This document shows positions 28,362 through 37,424 of a stretch of DNA of 59,109 nucleotides, one piece after another. The notes below the pieces were generated by a model. That model saw only the letters and a program-made list of their open reading frames with translations. It had not been told where the DNA came from and did no database searches. Made by a program: the position numbers and the translations under genes. The stretch's first letter is position 1. Each line of letters begins with the position of its first letter. The stretch comes from a virus (taxonomy: Duplodnaviria; Caudoviricetes), in IMG/VR virus record IMGVR_UViG_3300029992_000006, positions 1-59,109 of that record; one strand, given 5' to 3'.

Positions 28362-28556
28362 CTATACCGAGCCGCCCTTCACGGAGTGAGCGAATATGGC
28401 GACGGACCAAGCGGACCCGAAAGCCGACAAGGCGATGGTTCCGAGAAGTTGCCAGTTGCTGCACTGAGATACATAACTGGGCGCAGCAGCTATCCACATC
28501 ATCAGCATCATGATTGCGGGCATGAGATAAAGGGCTTGGAGGAAACGAGTTTTCAT
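28362..28556 (-). CDS. small membrane protein (2 hydrophobic segments)
   Basis: MKTRFLQALYLMPAIMMLMMWIAAA...LLGTIALSAFGSAWSVAIF. Confidence 0.55.
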   Translation of the reverse strand: MKTRFLQALYLMPAIMMLMMWIAAAPSYVSQCSNWQLLGTIALSAFGSAWSVAIFAHSVKGGSV

Positions 28557-28566
28557 TTTTTGCGCC

Positions 28567-29652
28567 TTATGGGCAGTTAGGCGCTGGATTGCCGATAGGG
28601 ACATTTGTCGGTGTGCAGGAGGCAGGGGGCGATGACACGACCGCGCAGATAGAGCAAGATGAGGGGGTAGCGTTGTTAGTACATGAGCTGGGAGTCGGAG
28701 TTCCTGGTACGCCTAGAGAGGCACATGTGCATATTCCACCCCCGGGCGGGGTACAAGTCGCAGTAACACTGAGCACTGGGGCAGCGGCAGCGGCACAGTA
28801 TGATCTGCACGCCCCCAGCGTCCCCTCGCTCACCAGCGGCTGCAGCAAATCCTGCGGCGACATAAATGCCACCACGTCGTCGAACGGCCCACCGAATGCG
28901 GTCGACAGTTCTGTATATGGCCGCATGATGAAAACTAGCGTCCCTGGGGTCGCATTAGTGGTTTCGTCGGCGTGGTTGACCGGCGCGACAGGCGGCGCTG
29001 TGTTGCGGACTCCTTGCAGCGTCAACGCCCCAAAACCGTTTTTACCGGACGAGAGAATCACCACCACAGCGTTATAAGTGATCGGCACAAGCGCGTCCAC
29101 TCCATCCCCTTGATCGATCTGGATTGTCTGGCGGTTTGAAGTTGCCGAGCTTACGAGGCTAGTGATGTCGAAAGCGTTGGCGGACGCTGCTAATGATGTC
29201 CAGTTCTGGTTGAGATTCTTTGGCATGGGGGGTACCGGCACTGTAACTGGCGCGGGGACGATAGCGGTCGCCGCCGTCGCCACACGGTAGGTAAAGAAGT
29301 TCCCCCATCCATCTTGTGCGATATCCTTCGAAACCCCAAGCGACGCCCAAGGGATTTCGCCATAGGGATTATTGATACATCCACGACCTGCTGGTAGCCC
29401 CAGTATCTCAAGCCCGGTCGGCACAGGTGGAACCGCAGTGCTCATAGCACTCGGGCATGGGAGTCTACCGTTCGTCCGTAAAAACCCGATCAGCGCAATC
29501 TTAATCTGCGCCTGCTTTGAGGCGGTTTCGGCGTAAGCTGAATTATTCAGTTTAGCGATCCATGTCTTGAGGCTCATCGTCAGCATGATGCCGCCGATGA
29601 GCACAACAATAGCCATTTCAGCCAGGGTAAACGCGCGTTGGGGTATTTTCAT
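28567..29652 (-). CDS. prepilin-type N-terminal cleavage/methylation domain protein (type IV pilin/pseudopilin-like)
   Basis: MKIPQRA|FTLAEMAIVVLIGG; GRLPCP; GEIPWASLG; DGWGN; SGKNG; FDDVV. Confidence 0.88.
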   Translation of the reverse strand: MKIPQRAFTLAEMAIVVLIGGIMLTMSLKTWIAKLNNSAYAETASKQAQIKIALIGFLRTNGRLPCPSAMSTAVPPVPTGLEILGLPAGRGCINNPYGEIPWASLGVSKDIAQDGWGNFFTYRVATAATAIVPAPVTVPVPPMPKNLNQNWTSLAASANAFDITSLVSSATSNRQTIQIDQGDGVDALVPITYNAVVVILSSGKNGFGALTLQGVRNTAPPVAPVNHADETTNATPGTLVFIMRPYTELSTAFGGPFDDVVAFMSPQDLLQPLVSEGTLGACRSYCAAAAAPVLSVTATCTPPGGGICTCASLGVPGTPTPSSCTNNATPSSCSICAVVSSPPASCTPTNVPIGNPAPNCP

Positions 29653-29668
29653 ACCTGCTATGATACAC

Positions 29669-31843
29669 CTACGACGAGCCGCCCGCAGCCGTAAAGTTAT
29701 TGACGTCCGTAGCAATCGCCAACACTTGACCCAGATTCGCTTGAACGGTTTGCGCCAGTACCTGCGCGCCGGCAATGGCATTGTTCGCGTCGATCTGGAG
29801 CAGCGCTTTCGAGTAGTCGTTCGACAGGAACTGGGACTCGTAGGCAGCTTTCAGCTGTATCTCCGCCCCGGCGATCTCGATCTTGCCCAGGCTGTCATAC
29901 GCGCTGGCGACCGACCGGAACGCCTCAGTACGGGCGGCGAACGAGCGGGACTGCGCGTCGTTCGTCAGCGACGTGCCTTGCGCCTGCGCACGATACACGT
30001 CAGAATTCGTCTGAATGATCGCCAGATTCGCCTTCAGGTTCTCCACGGCGATCTGCGTGTTCGCTTCGTTGATCTGCGCCTGCGCCTTGGCATACTCCGC
30101 CTGTACTAGCTGGGCGTCTACTTGTGTTTTGTATATCTCGGCCTGCACCATGTCGCCACGGGTCTGGGCCTCGTACCCCTGCAGCTGCAGGGTCTGGGCG
30201 CGGATCATTTCAGCGTAGGCTTCAACCTGGCAGCGGAACGTGTCGAGCTTCAGGTGCTCCACCTGCGCCAGCCCCTCCAGCGCACTGATATCCGTGCGGT
30301 ACATGTCCACCAGCACCTTCTGCGCTTCGGTCTCCGCGATGTAGGCAGATATCTGGTTGCGCTGCACGTTGACCTGTGTGTCAGCCAGTATCTGCTGAAC
30401 CTGGGCTTCTGTGCGGTACAGCTCGACTGGTATTCTCTGTGCGTCCATCTCGGCAGAGTAGACAGCCACCTGATTGCGCTGCACGTTGACCTGCGTGTCG
30501 GCGAGCATCTGCTGAACCTGGGCGTCCGTGCGGTAAATTTCGAGCGGCAGCTTCTGCGCCTCGATCTGGTCAAGATACAACTGAGCCTGCGTTTTCTGTA
30601 CTTCAGTCTCGGTACGCACCACCTCCAGGCTCAACCGTTGAACTTCCAGCGTGGCGACCGCCGCCCTCACCTCTTCGCCATACGCCTGCACCTGAACGGA
30701 GAACGCCTTCGTGAGCGCGTCGAACTTGGCGAGGCTGGCATTATAGACAGCGATGCCGAACTCAGCAGTAGCCTTCGACGCGTTCAGCGCGCGCTCCATG
30801 ACGGCGCTGTACAGCGCTGTCGTCAGCGCTTCGTACTCCCGCGCCTGATCTATCGTGAACTTCCTGTTCTCCACGTACATGTCGGCGCGCTTCAAGGCTG
30901 TGTCGCGTGACAACGTGCTCATCTTTTCCAGCGTGGCCTGATTGCTCGACGCCATCTGCGCCAGCATCGCACCGGGCGGCATAGCGAAGCCCCGCGCAGC
31001 CATCGCACGGGCAATGTCAGCCGCCGCTGCCACGCCTGCGCGTAGCTCACGATCCTGCGCACGCTGCCAGATCGCCAGCTCGTCGGCTGTCTCGATGCCG
31101 TACCCACCGTTCGCCAAGTCGTTCGCGAGCTTCTGCTGGCCGGCCAGTAGCAGCAGCGAGCTGTACCCGCTCTCACTGAACGCGAACAAGTCCGTCGGGT
31201 CAGGGAGCAGTTCGCTCGGAGCCAGCGCGGTCAATGTCGGCAACGTGATCGACGTGATCGTAGGCATCACGATGTTGTTGAACACTGGCGCTGCCGGCAG
31301 CGTGAGGGCCGGACGCACAGGCGTTGTGACGGCTATGTCCGCGAGCGACGGCACCGAAGGCAACGACACGCTCGGCGCGTTCGGCGCAGTGACTGTGATC
31401 GTCGGCAGCACCGGCACCGTGGGCAGGCTGATCGTGGGGGCGTTTGGCACGACGGGGAAGTCAATCGTGGCGAGCGCGCTTGTGAACGGCGCGGTGCCTA
31501 CCACCGGCGCTACGGGGTTCAACAGAGTCGGTAGGCTGGGTGCGACAAAAGTCGGCGGGGTGATCACCGCGTTCGAACTGATCGGCGTCGGCGCTGTCGG
31601 ACGAGTGTACGCCGGAGTCGTCGCCAGCGTGGGCGGCACGAGAGACGCATCATTCAGCAGGAGCTGAATGCTCGCCTGTAGTGAACTCGTGTTAAGTGTG
31701 TCGGATAGAGTAAATTTGGTGTTCCCCGGTAAATTCGTCAGGGCCGACAGCTGCGTGATAAACGCCTGCATCTGTGTCGATGCTGTCCCAGCTGCGGTTG
31801 CTGCATTCTGCTGCATGCTCAACGGGCTTACATTGTCGCTCAT
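29669..31843 (-). CDS. virion structural protein (Pro-rich plus coiled-coil)
   Basis: 724 aa; internal 39-aa repeat (YRT.AQVQQ.LADTQVNVQRNQ). Confidence 0.7.
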   Translation of the reverse strand: MSDNVSPLSMQQNAATAAGTASTQMQAFITQLSALTNLPGNTKFTLSDTLNTSSLQASIQLLLNDASLVPPTLATTPAYTRPTAPTPISSNAVITPPTFVAPSLPTLLNPVAPVVGTAPFTSALATIDFPVVPNAPTISLPTVPVLPTITVTAPNAPSVSLPSVPSLADIAVTTPVRPALTLPAAPVFNNIVMPTITSITLPTLTALAPSELLPDPTDLFAFSESGYSSLLLLAGQQKLANDLANGGYGIETADELAIWQRAQDRELRAGVAAAADIARAMAARGFAMPPGAMLAQMASSNQATLEKMSTLSRDTALKRADMYVENRKFTIDQAREYEALTTALYSAVMERALNASKATAEFGIAVYNASLAKFDALTKAFSVQVQAYGEEVRAAVATLEVQRLSLEVVRTETEVQKTQAQLYLDQIEAQKLPLEIYRTDAQVQQMLADTQVNVQRNQVAVYSAEMDAQRIPVELYRTEAQVQQILADTQVNVQRNQISAYIAETEAQKVLVDMYRTDISALEGLAQVEHLKLDTFRCQVEAYAEMIRAQTLQLQGYEAQTRGDMVQAEIYKTQVDAQLVQAEYAKAQAQINEANTQIAVENLKANLAIIQTNSDVYRAQAQGTSLTNDAQSRSFAARTEAFRSVASAYDSLGKIEIAGAEIQLKAAYESQFLSNDYSKALLQIDANNAIAGAQVLAQTVQANLGQVLAIATDVNNFTAAGGSS

Positions 31844-31846
31844 ACC

Positions 31847-34093
31847 CTAACTCCCTATGCGCCGCGCACTGACGGCTGTGTTGAACCCGAGCTGCCCAAA
31901 GTCGAAGGCCGCTCCGTTTTGATTGTTTATGGCGAACTGCCAAGACTTCCCGACGAGGCCCTTCGGCGTGATGATCCGCCGCTGGATGAACGTGGCAAAC
32001 TGCTGCGCGGTCATGGTCAGGATCACGGGTATGCCCTCATCCACCGTGATCGTGAGCGTCAGATTCCCCGCCGTGCGGAGCGTCATGTAAGCGTCGCTGA
32101 TACGCTTGAGCTTCGGCTCCTTGAAGTCCAGCATGCCGAAGCTCAAGCCCGCAGCGACCGGCGCAGCATCGTCCGTAGCCGTGGGTACGTCGAGCTGGCT
32201 GAACCCGTTCGGCCCTGCCCCGTAATACACGCCGCCCAGCGAGCAGAACGAGTTGAACGGGTAGTTCTGGTATGTGGACAGCGCATTGTTATGAGTGTTC
32301 AAGACCATGACCAGCTGCTGCTCAGTGGCCTGAGCCAGCACGGTGATCGCGGCAATGACTTTCGGCAGCTTCGCGGAGATCGTACCCACCGCACCGAAAC
32401 CAGCATTCAAGGCGGCGTTGATCTTTGGCAGGCTCGTGGCGATGGCGCCGTGGGAGCCGCCGTTACACTGCACGCTCGCTGCGATTCTCGGCGTGATCAC
32501 CGAGACTGTAGCGGCGTAACCCACAGCGCCGACGAAGCTCGACGACACCTTCGGCGTCAGCACACTGAGCGTCGCAACAGTGCCAGCGAGTCCGTTGACG
32601 GATGGCTGGATCAGAGGCAGACCGGCGCTAATCGTAGCAGCAGAGCCTGAGAAAGCGGCGAAAGACGTACTTAACGTCGGAAGCGTAGCAGCTATCTGCT
32701 GAACCCCGCCGCTCAGTGCTGGCTGAATCAGCGGCAGTCCGGCGTTGATCGTACCAGCCGAGCCTGCGAAAGCAGTAACTTCAGCGCCTAGCGTCGGTAG
32801 CTCGGCGGCGATCTGCTGAACCCCTCCGCTTAGTGCTGGCTGGATTAATCTCAGGTTCGCGTTGATCGACGCGTAGGTGTTCGACATGACCGTGATCGAC
32901 GCGGTGATCTTCGGTAACGTCGCTGCTTCCTGGTCGTTCCCCGCGTAGACAACCGGAGTGATCAGCCGCAACCGCGCGGTGATGTGGTTGTTCCACGCAG
33001 CGAACGCTGAAGTAACCTTCGGCAGCTTCGCTGATACGATTCCGGTTACAAGCAGGGTGGACGTGACTGGTGCCCCCGTCCCCGAGCCGACCGCACCACC
33101 ACTGGCTCGGTAGGAGGTCGTCACTGCATGCGCTGCAGCTCCGCTTCCGACAGCGCCCCCTGCACCCGCCACCGTAAAATGTGAGTGGTGCAGCACCATT
33201 GTCGCCGCGCCGCTGCCAACTGCTCCGCCTGCACCCACGATCAGAAACTGTGAGTAGTGCGGCACCACCGTCGCCAAGCCGCTGCCGACAGCACCACCTG
33301 CGCCGGAGACGGTGAGATGCCTAGTTGATGCCACCACCGTCGCCACGCCACTGACGACAGCACCACCCGCGCCCGTCACTGCCAGGAGCGAGGAGGTCAT
33401 AGTCATGGACGGTGCCGTGAGCGTCAGGCTCACAATCGCTGGGAAGACGGGTGAGCCTAGCACCCCCACACCGACGAGGCCGGTTAGAGGTGCTGAGGAT
33501 GTCATGGCCACCATCCCCTCTGCGCATGCCCCGGATATGCCGGTCAGAGCACAAAAAACCGAAAGGGCGACAGCTCCGGTGCTGCCCGTAGCCACACTAC
33601 CTGCGGTCGGTCTAGTGAGCACCGGAGATGTAACGCCCGTTCCGCCAGTGCCGTTGCTCCCTAGTAAGGCTTGGTGCCCCGGAAGAGACAGTGTACCGAC
33701 GTTACCGGCCCCTACGATGCCCGTGAGCGTAACTGAAGGACCTACGTTGATCGTTCCGGTACCGCCTGTACCTGCACTACCCGCGAGGGGTTGACCACCT
33801 GCGATACCTCCGGTGCCGCCAACGCCGGCGATACCTATCAGTGAGGCGCTACGTGAAGGCGCAACTGAGCCTACCGCGCCCACCCCGGAAACACCAGTAA
33901 GCTGATGCCCCCCAGTAACCGCACCTGTGCCGCCAATCCCGGCATTCCCAGTCAGCGCTACGGTGACGGTAACTGGCTGGCTTATAGCGACGGTGAACTG
34001 CGAGAGGTTAATCGCCGCAGTAGCTGTGAGGCTCGTCACACCCGCCGTCGAAACGGTGAACTGCGAGAAGTTAATCGAGATGGCGGCGGTCAT
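31847..34093 (-). CDS. repeat-rich fibre/filament-like virion protein
   Basis: LTG.xGxG, GAGGAVGSG and I.A.LP repeats. Confidence 0.7.
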   Translation of the reverse strand: MTAAISINFSQFTVSTAGVTSLTATAAINLSQFTVAISQPVTVTVALTGNAGIGGTGAVTGGHQLTGVSGVGAVGSVAPSRSASLIGIAGVGGTGGIAGGQPLAGSAGTGGTGTINVGPSVTLTGIVGAGNVGTLSLPGHQALLGSNGTGGTGVTSPVLTRPTAGSVATGSTGAVALSVFCALTGISGACAEGMVAMTSSAPLTGLVGVGVLGSPVFPAIVSLTLTAPSMTMTSSLLAVTGAGGAVVSGVATVVASTRHLTVSGAGGAVGSGLATVVPHYSQFLIVGAGGAVGSGAATMVLHHSHFTVAGAGGAVGSGAAAHAVTTSYRASGGAVGSGTGAPVTSTLLVTGIVSAKLPKVTSAFAAWNNHITARLRLITPVVYAGNDQEAATLPKITASITVMSNTYASINANLRLIQPALSGGVQQIAAELPTLGAEVTAFAGSAGTINAGLPLIQPALSGGVQQIAATLPTLSTSFAAFSGSAATISAGLPLIQPSVNGLAGTVATLSVLTPKVSSSFVGAVGYAATVSVITPRIAASVQCNGGSHGAIATSLPKINAALNAGFGAVGTISAKLPKVIAAITVLAQATEQQLVMVLNTHNNALSTYQNYPFNSFCSLGGVYYGAGPNGFSQLDVPTATDDAAPVAAGLSFGMLDFKEPKLKRISDAYMTLRTAGNLTLTITVDEGIPVILTMTAQQFATFIQRRIITPKGLVGKSWQFAINNQNGAAFDFGQLGFNTAVSARRIGS

Positions 34094-34102
34094 GCTGCTC
34101 GC

Positions 34103-34483
34103 CTACGTCGCTGGTATCGTAATCGAACCGGACGTAAGATTCACCGTCCCGCCTGTCACGATGCTGAGCGAGGACAGATTCACCTCCGCGCCGGACGTAC
34201 CCACTGTGCAGTACATAATCGTCGTACTGGAGTCGTATATCTCAGCGTACCCCGCCGTGCCGGTAGCCACAGCGGTGTTCGATGTTATAGGCGTGCCCGT
34301 CAAAGCTGTTACACCTGATGCTGGCCCACCCCAGGCCAACGTCCCTGACCACGACACCAAGAGTGTCCCCGTCGCAGCGGTGTCCCCTGTGGCCGGAATC
34401 GCACCGGAATAAATGTTCATATAGCTCAACTGGGAGAATACCCCAGCTAAATCGTTCCGCAGCATCGTAGATACTCTAGGCAT
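34103..34483 (-). CDS. small structural protein, IYSG-family paralogue 1
   Basis: IYSGAIP; TGTLL; ATGTAGY; VGTSGAEVNLS. Confidence 0.8.
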   Translation of the reverse strand: MPRVSTMLRNDLAGVFSQLSYMNIYSGAIPATGDTAATGTLLVSWSGTLAWGGPASGVTALTGTPITSNTAVATGTAGYAEIYDSSTTIMYCTVGTSGAEVNLSSLSIVTGGTVNLTSGSITIPAT

Positions 34484-34492
34484 GGTTGGTTC

Positions 34493-34888
34493 CTATGAAG
34501 GGTTGAAGGTTATAGAGGCGCTTTGGAGGGTTAGGACATCCCCCACATTGACGGCCAGTGTCGACAGGTTTACCTCCGCCCCGGACGTGCCTACTGTAAG
34601 GTACGCGGAGCAGACCGGGGAGGTGTTTGACCATATCATAGCGTACCCTGCCGTCCCTGCCGCCACAGCCGGGAACGAACTGGCTGGCATGGAGAGCGCC
34701 GTAACTACTCCATCAATCGCGGTAAAAGCAATGGGCCACGCTACGGTCAATTCCCAGCTCACCAAGAGTGAGCCAGTCGGGGCCGAGTCCCCACTGACAG
34801 GGATCGGGCCAGAATAGATGCTGAGCGACCGCAGGTCAGAAGACCACGCACAGAAATAGTCCGCAAGGGTGTCAGAAATGAGCGGCAT
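34493..34888 (-). CDS. small structural protein, paralogue 2
   Basis: IYSGPIP; TGSLL; AGTAGY; VGTSGAEVNLS. Confidence 0.8.
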   Translation of the reverse strand: MPLISDTLADYFCAWSSDLRSLSIYSGPIPVSGDSAPTGSLLVSWELTVAWPIAFTAIDGVVTALSMPASSFPAVAAGTAGYAMIWSNTSPVCSAYLTVGTSGAEVNLSTLAVNVGDVLTLQSASITFNPS

Positions 34889-34896
34889 GATGCCCC

Positions 34897-35283
34897 CTAT
34901 GAGATTGGGTAATTAAATCGCATCGCGGTGAGGTCCACTGTGGCCCCCTCCGTAATAGATAATGTCGAGAGGTTCACCTCAGCCCCAGCCGTGCCAACTG
35001 AGCAGTACATCAACGGGATCGTCAACGCTGCTGTCGCGGCGAACACGGCGTACCCCGCCGTACCTGTCGCCACCGCAGCGTTGGACGCGAGCGGCAAACT
35101 GGACGGCGTTACCACCCCCGCCACTGCTGCGTTCATGGTGATAGGCCCCCAGCTCGCCAGCAGCGTACCCGTTACAGCCGCTGACCCGTTGGCAGGAATC
35201 GGCCCAGAGAACACAGCCATAAACTCGAAGGCTGGAGAAGCCATGTTCATCATCTGGTTCGCTAACAGCGTGGATACCTTCAT
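34897..35283 (-). CDS. small structural protein, paralogue 3
   Basis: VFSGPIP; TGTLL; ATGTAGY; VGTAGAEVNLS. Confidence 0.8.
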   Translation of the reverse strand: MKVSTLLANQMMNMASPAFEFMAVFSGPIPANGSAAVTGTLLASWGPITMNAAVAGVVTPSSLPLASNAAVATGTAGYAVFAATAALTIPLMYCSVGTAGAEVNLSTLSITEGATVDLTAMRFNYPIS

Positions 35284-35291
35284 GACCGCGC

Positions 35292-35693
35292 CTATGTCAA
35301 CGTAAACTGAGGAGTCAGCACAACGGAGTCGCCGGTATATTGCGCGATGAATGGCGTAGCGAACAACTCAGCCCAGCGGATAATGCCGTCCGTCGCACCG
35401 ACCACGAAGTACCCATAGATCGTCACCGCAGTCCCCGCCGTGAAGGTGAAGGTCTGCGCTGCGTACACTGCCGTGCCGACCCCGATAACTTCGGACTCAG
35501 TCCACGACGCCATCGACAACGTCTTGGCGGCATAGCCTAGCGTGGACATCTCTGTGTAGGATGCGGCGCTGTCGCCAGCAGCCGGCGTGTAGCTGTTGAC
35601 GAATAGCTTCAGCAGCAAATTGGCCGGCGTCACCAGCCCTAGCGCATTCTTCAGGATCGCGTCTTGCCCCGCTTGCGGGATATAGAGAGTCAT
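35292..35693 (-). CDS. small structural (fibre/decoration-like) protein
   Basis: LKLF...TE...GYA...TFT pattern. Confidence 0.75.
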   Translation of the reverse strand: MTLYIPQAGQDAILKNALGLVTPANLLLKLFVNSYTPAAGDSAASYTEMSTLGYAAKTLSMASWTESEVIGVGTAVYAAQTFTFTAGTAVTIYGYFVVGATDGIIRWAELFATPFIAQYTGDSVVLTPQFTLT

Positions 35694-35704
35694 GATCCGG
35701 CTCC

Positions 35705-36145
35705 TTACTGTTGTGGCAGCGTGAACGACGCAGCGGTGATCACGAACGGAGCGCCCAGCAGCAGCGACAGGTTCCCCAGGTTCATTTCAACACCGGACGT
35801 GGCGATGGCACCGTCGAAGCGGCACTGGGTGGTGGACAGCACGCCCGTGTCACCCACAGCGCGCAGCCGGAACCAGCCAGCAGTGCCGGTAGCCAGTACG
35901 GTGCCTGACCACGTTTGTGAGGACAGGTTCGACAGTACACCGTCTGGGGCAGTAGGCGACCAGGACAAGCCAGTTGTCGTGCCGTCTGAATACAACGTGC
36001 AGAGCAACGTGCCGTTGGGCACGTTGTCCGGGAGCGTAGGCTGAGTGCCGGAGTAAATGTCGATGAAGCCGAGCGCGAACAAGGTGCGGAAATTGCTGGA
36101 CCCCATCAACGCAGTGACGAGACCAGTGGAGAGACGAGCTGCCAT
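35705..36145 (-). CDS. small structural protein, paralogue 4
   Basis: IYSGTQP; GTLL; ATGTAGWFR; SGVEMNL. Confidence 0.8.
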   Translation of the reverse strand: MAARLSTGLVTALMGSSNFRTLFALGFIDIYSGTQPTLPDNVPNGTLLCTLYSDGTTTGLSWSPTAPDGVLSNLSSQTWSGTVLATGTAGWFRLRAVGDTGVLSTTQCRFDGAIATSGVEMNLGNLSLLLGAPFVITAASFTLPQQ

Positions 36146-36163
36146 AATGAGACCTTTGCAAAG

Positions 36164-37387
36164 TTAAGAAAGTGAAACAACGTACTGCGGTGTTTGGGAT
36201 CGGTATTTCAAAAATGCGCCGCCGTGGGTCAAGCCCTGTGGCGGGATAAAACGGCTGACGGTTAAGTCACGTACCAGCCCGCCGTCAGTGCCGACGACGA
36301 CCCCGCGCGTGGACATCCAGAGCACGGTCATACCTTCGCCCTGGCTCCCCTCGATATCCACCATGCCGATGGCGTCGGCGGGGACGCTGACCTCTGTGCC
36401 GAGGATCGTGCCGAGCGGGGACACGGTATGGGAGATGAACGCGTCAGGCTCCATGCCGCTTAAGAACACGGTGCGGATCATGGTGCCGACATAAATACCG
36501 TCCGCCACCACTGAAATTGTCTGAATCGAGGCGCTGAACGGGATAAACCCGGTGCGCAGGTCGAACAGCTCGAACTCGTAGGGCTGGCTATACCAGAGGA
36601 AATTACCACTGGCGACGTAGGCACGACCGTTGAAATAGGCGACGACTTGGCCCGGAGGCGGTGGTCCCCAGAACTGTGTGCGGACGGGGATTGTCTGCTG
36701 CGACATCTCCGTCATGCTGAACGTGGCCTGCGCGTTCGGGATCGTCGCTACCAGCAGCGGTAAGTCGCCGTTCGGCGCGGAGATGTAGACATTCTTCGAC
36801 ACGACCGTAGTATCTGACGAAATACTTAGATTCGAGAACGAAATTCCGCCCCCTAAAGGGTAATCATCACCCGGCGAGGATACCCCCGCCAGAGTGATGC
36901 TGGTGGACGCCGGAGCGCCGGATTCAGCCCCTGCGGCGTCCAGGTAGGTCATGGTGCAGAGGTAGGTGCCGGAGGGCATGCCGCCCGCTACGGCGGTAGG
37001 AATCGGCGCGGCGGGCACGACCTTGCCCCACGGTTTATTGACGCCGTTGACCACGACGCCATTGGTAAGGGTATCAGTCCAGTACACCGGCCCGTTGATG
37101 TTGGCATAGGCCACACGCGGGCCTGTGACGGGGGCGATGGGAGAAGGAGCCGTACCGGGGGCGAAGCGGTTCAGGTTGCCGCCCTGCACAAAGAACGCCT
37201 GGGAGCCGTCAGCCCATGCTGAGTGCGCCGCGCCTGCGTAAAGGGTCGTGGTGCCTAGCCGGGAGTTGCACTTGCCGGTCTCGTCGATATCAATGTTGCT
37301 CGCATACACGAGGTCACCGGAAGCGAAACGCTCCGGGCCTACGTCGTTGCGGACGCCTTTGACGGCTTTGATCTCGGTGTAGGGCAT
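36164..37387 (-). CDS. tail (nozzle/tubular-like) structural protein
   Basis: 407 aa beta-rich ORF in the late operon. Confidence 0.6.
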   Translation of the reverse strand: MPYTEIKAVKGVRNDVGPERFASGDLVYASNIDIDETGKCNSRLGTTTLYAGAAHSAWADGSQAFFVQGGNLNRFAPGTAPSPIAPVTGPRVAYANINGPVYWTDTLTNGVVVNGVNKPWGKVVPAAPIPTAVAGGMPSGTYLCTMTYLDAAGAESGAPASTSITLAGVSSPGDDYPLGGGISFSNLSISSDTTVVSKNVYISAPNGDLPLLVATIPNAQATFSMTEMSQQTIPVRTQFWGPPPPGQVVAYFNGRAYVASGNFLWYSQPYEFELFDLRTGFIPFSASIQTISVVADGIYVGTMIRTVFLSGMEPDAFISHTVSPLGTILGTEVSVPADAIGMVDIEGSQGEGMTVLWMSTRGVVVGTDGGLVRDLTVSRFIPPQGLTHGGAFLKYRSQTPQYVVSLS

Positions 37388-37424
37388 ATTCTATCTAATT
37401 ATCGTTAGACTGGAGTTTACCACG

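Noticed and set aside
33927-35305. Plus-strand ORFs sharing RFTSAP.VPT...AYPAVP
   Set aside because: Mirror images of the - strand paralogues
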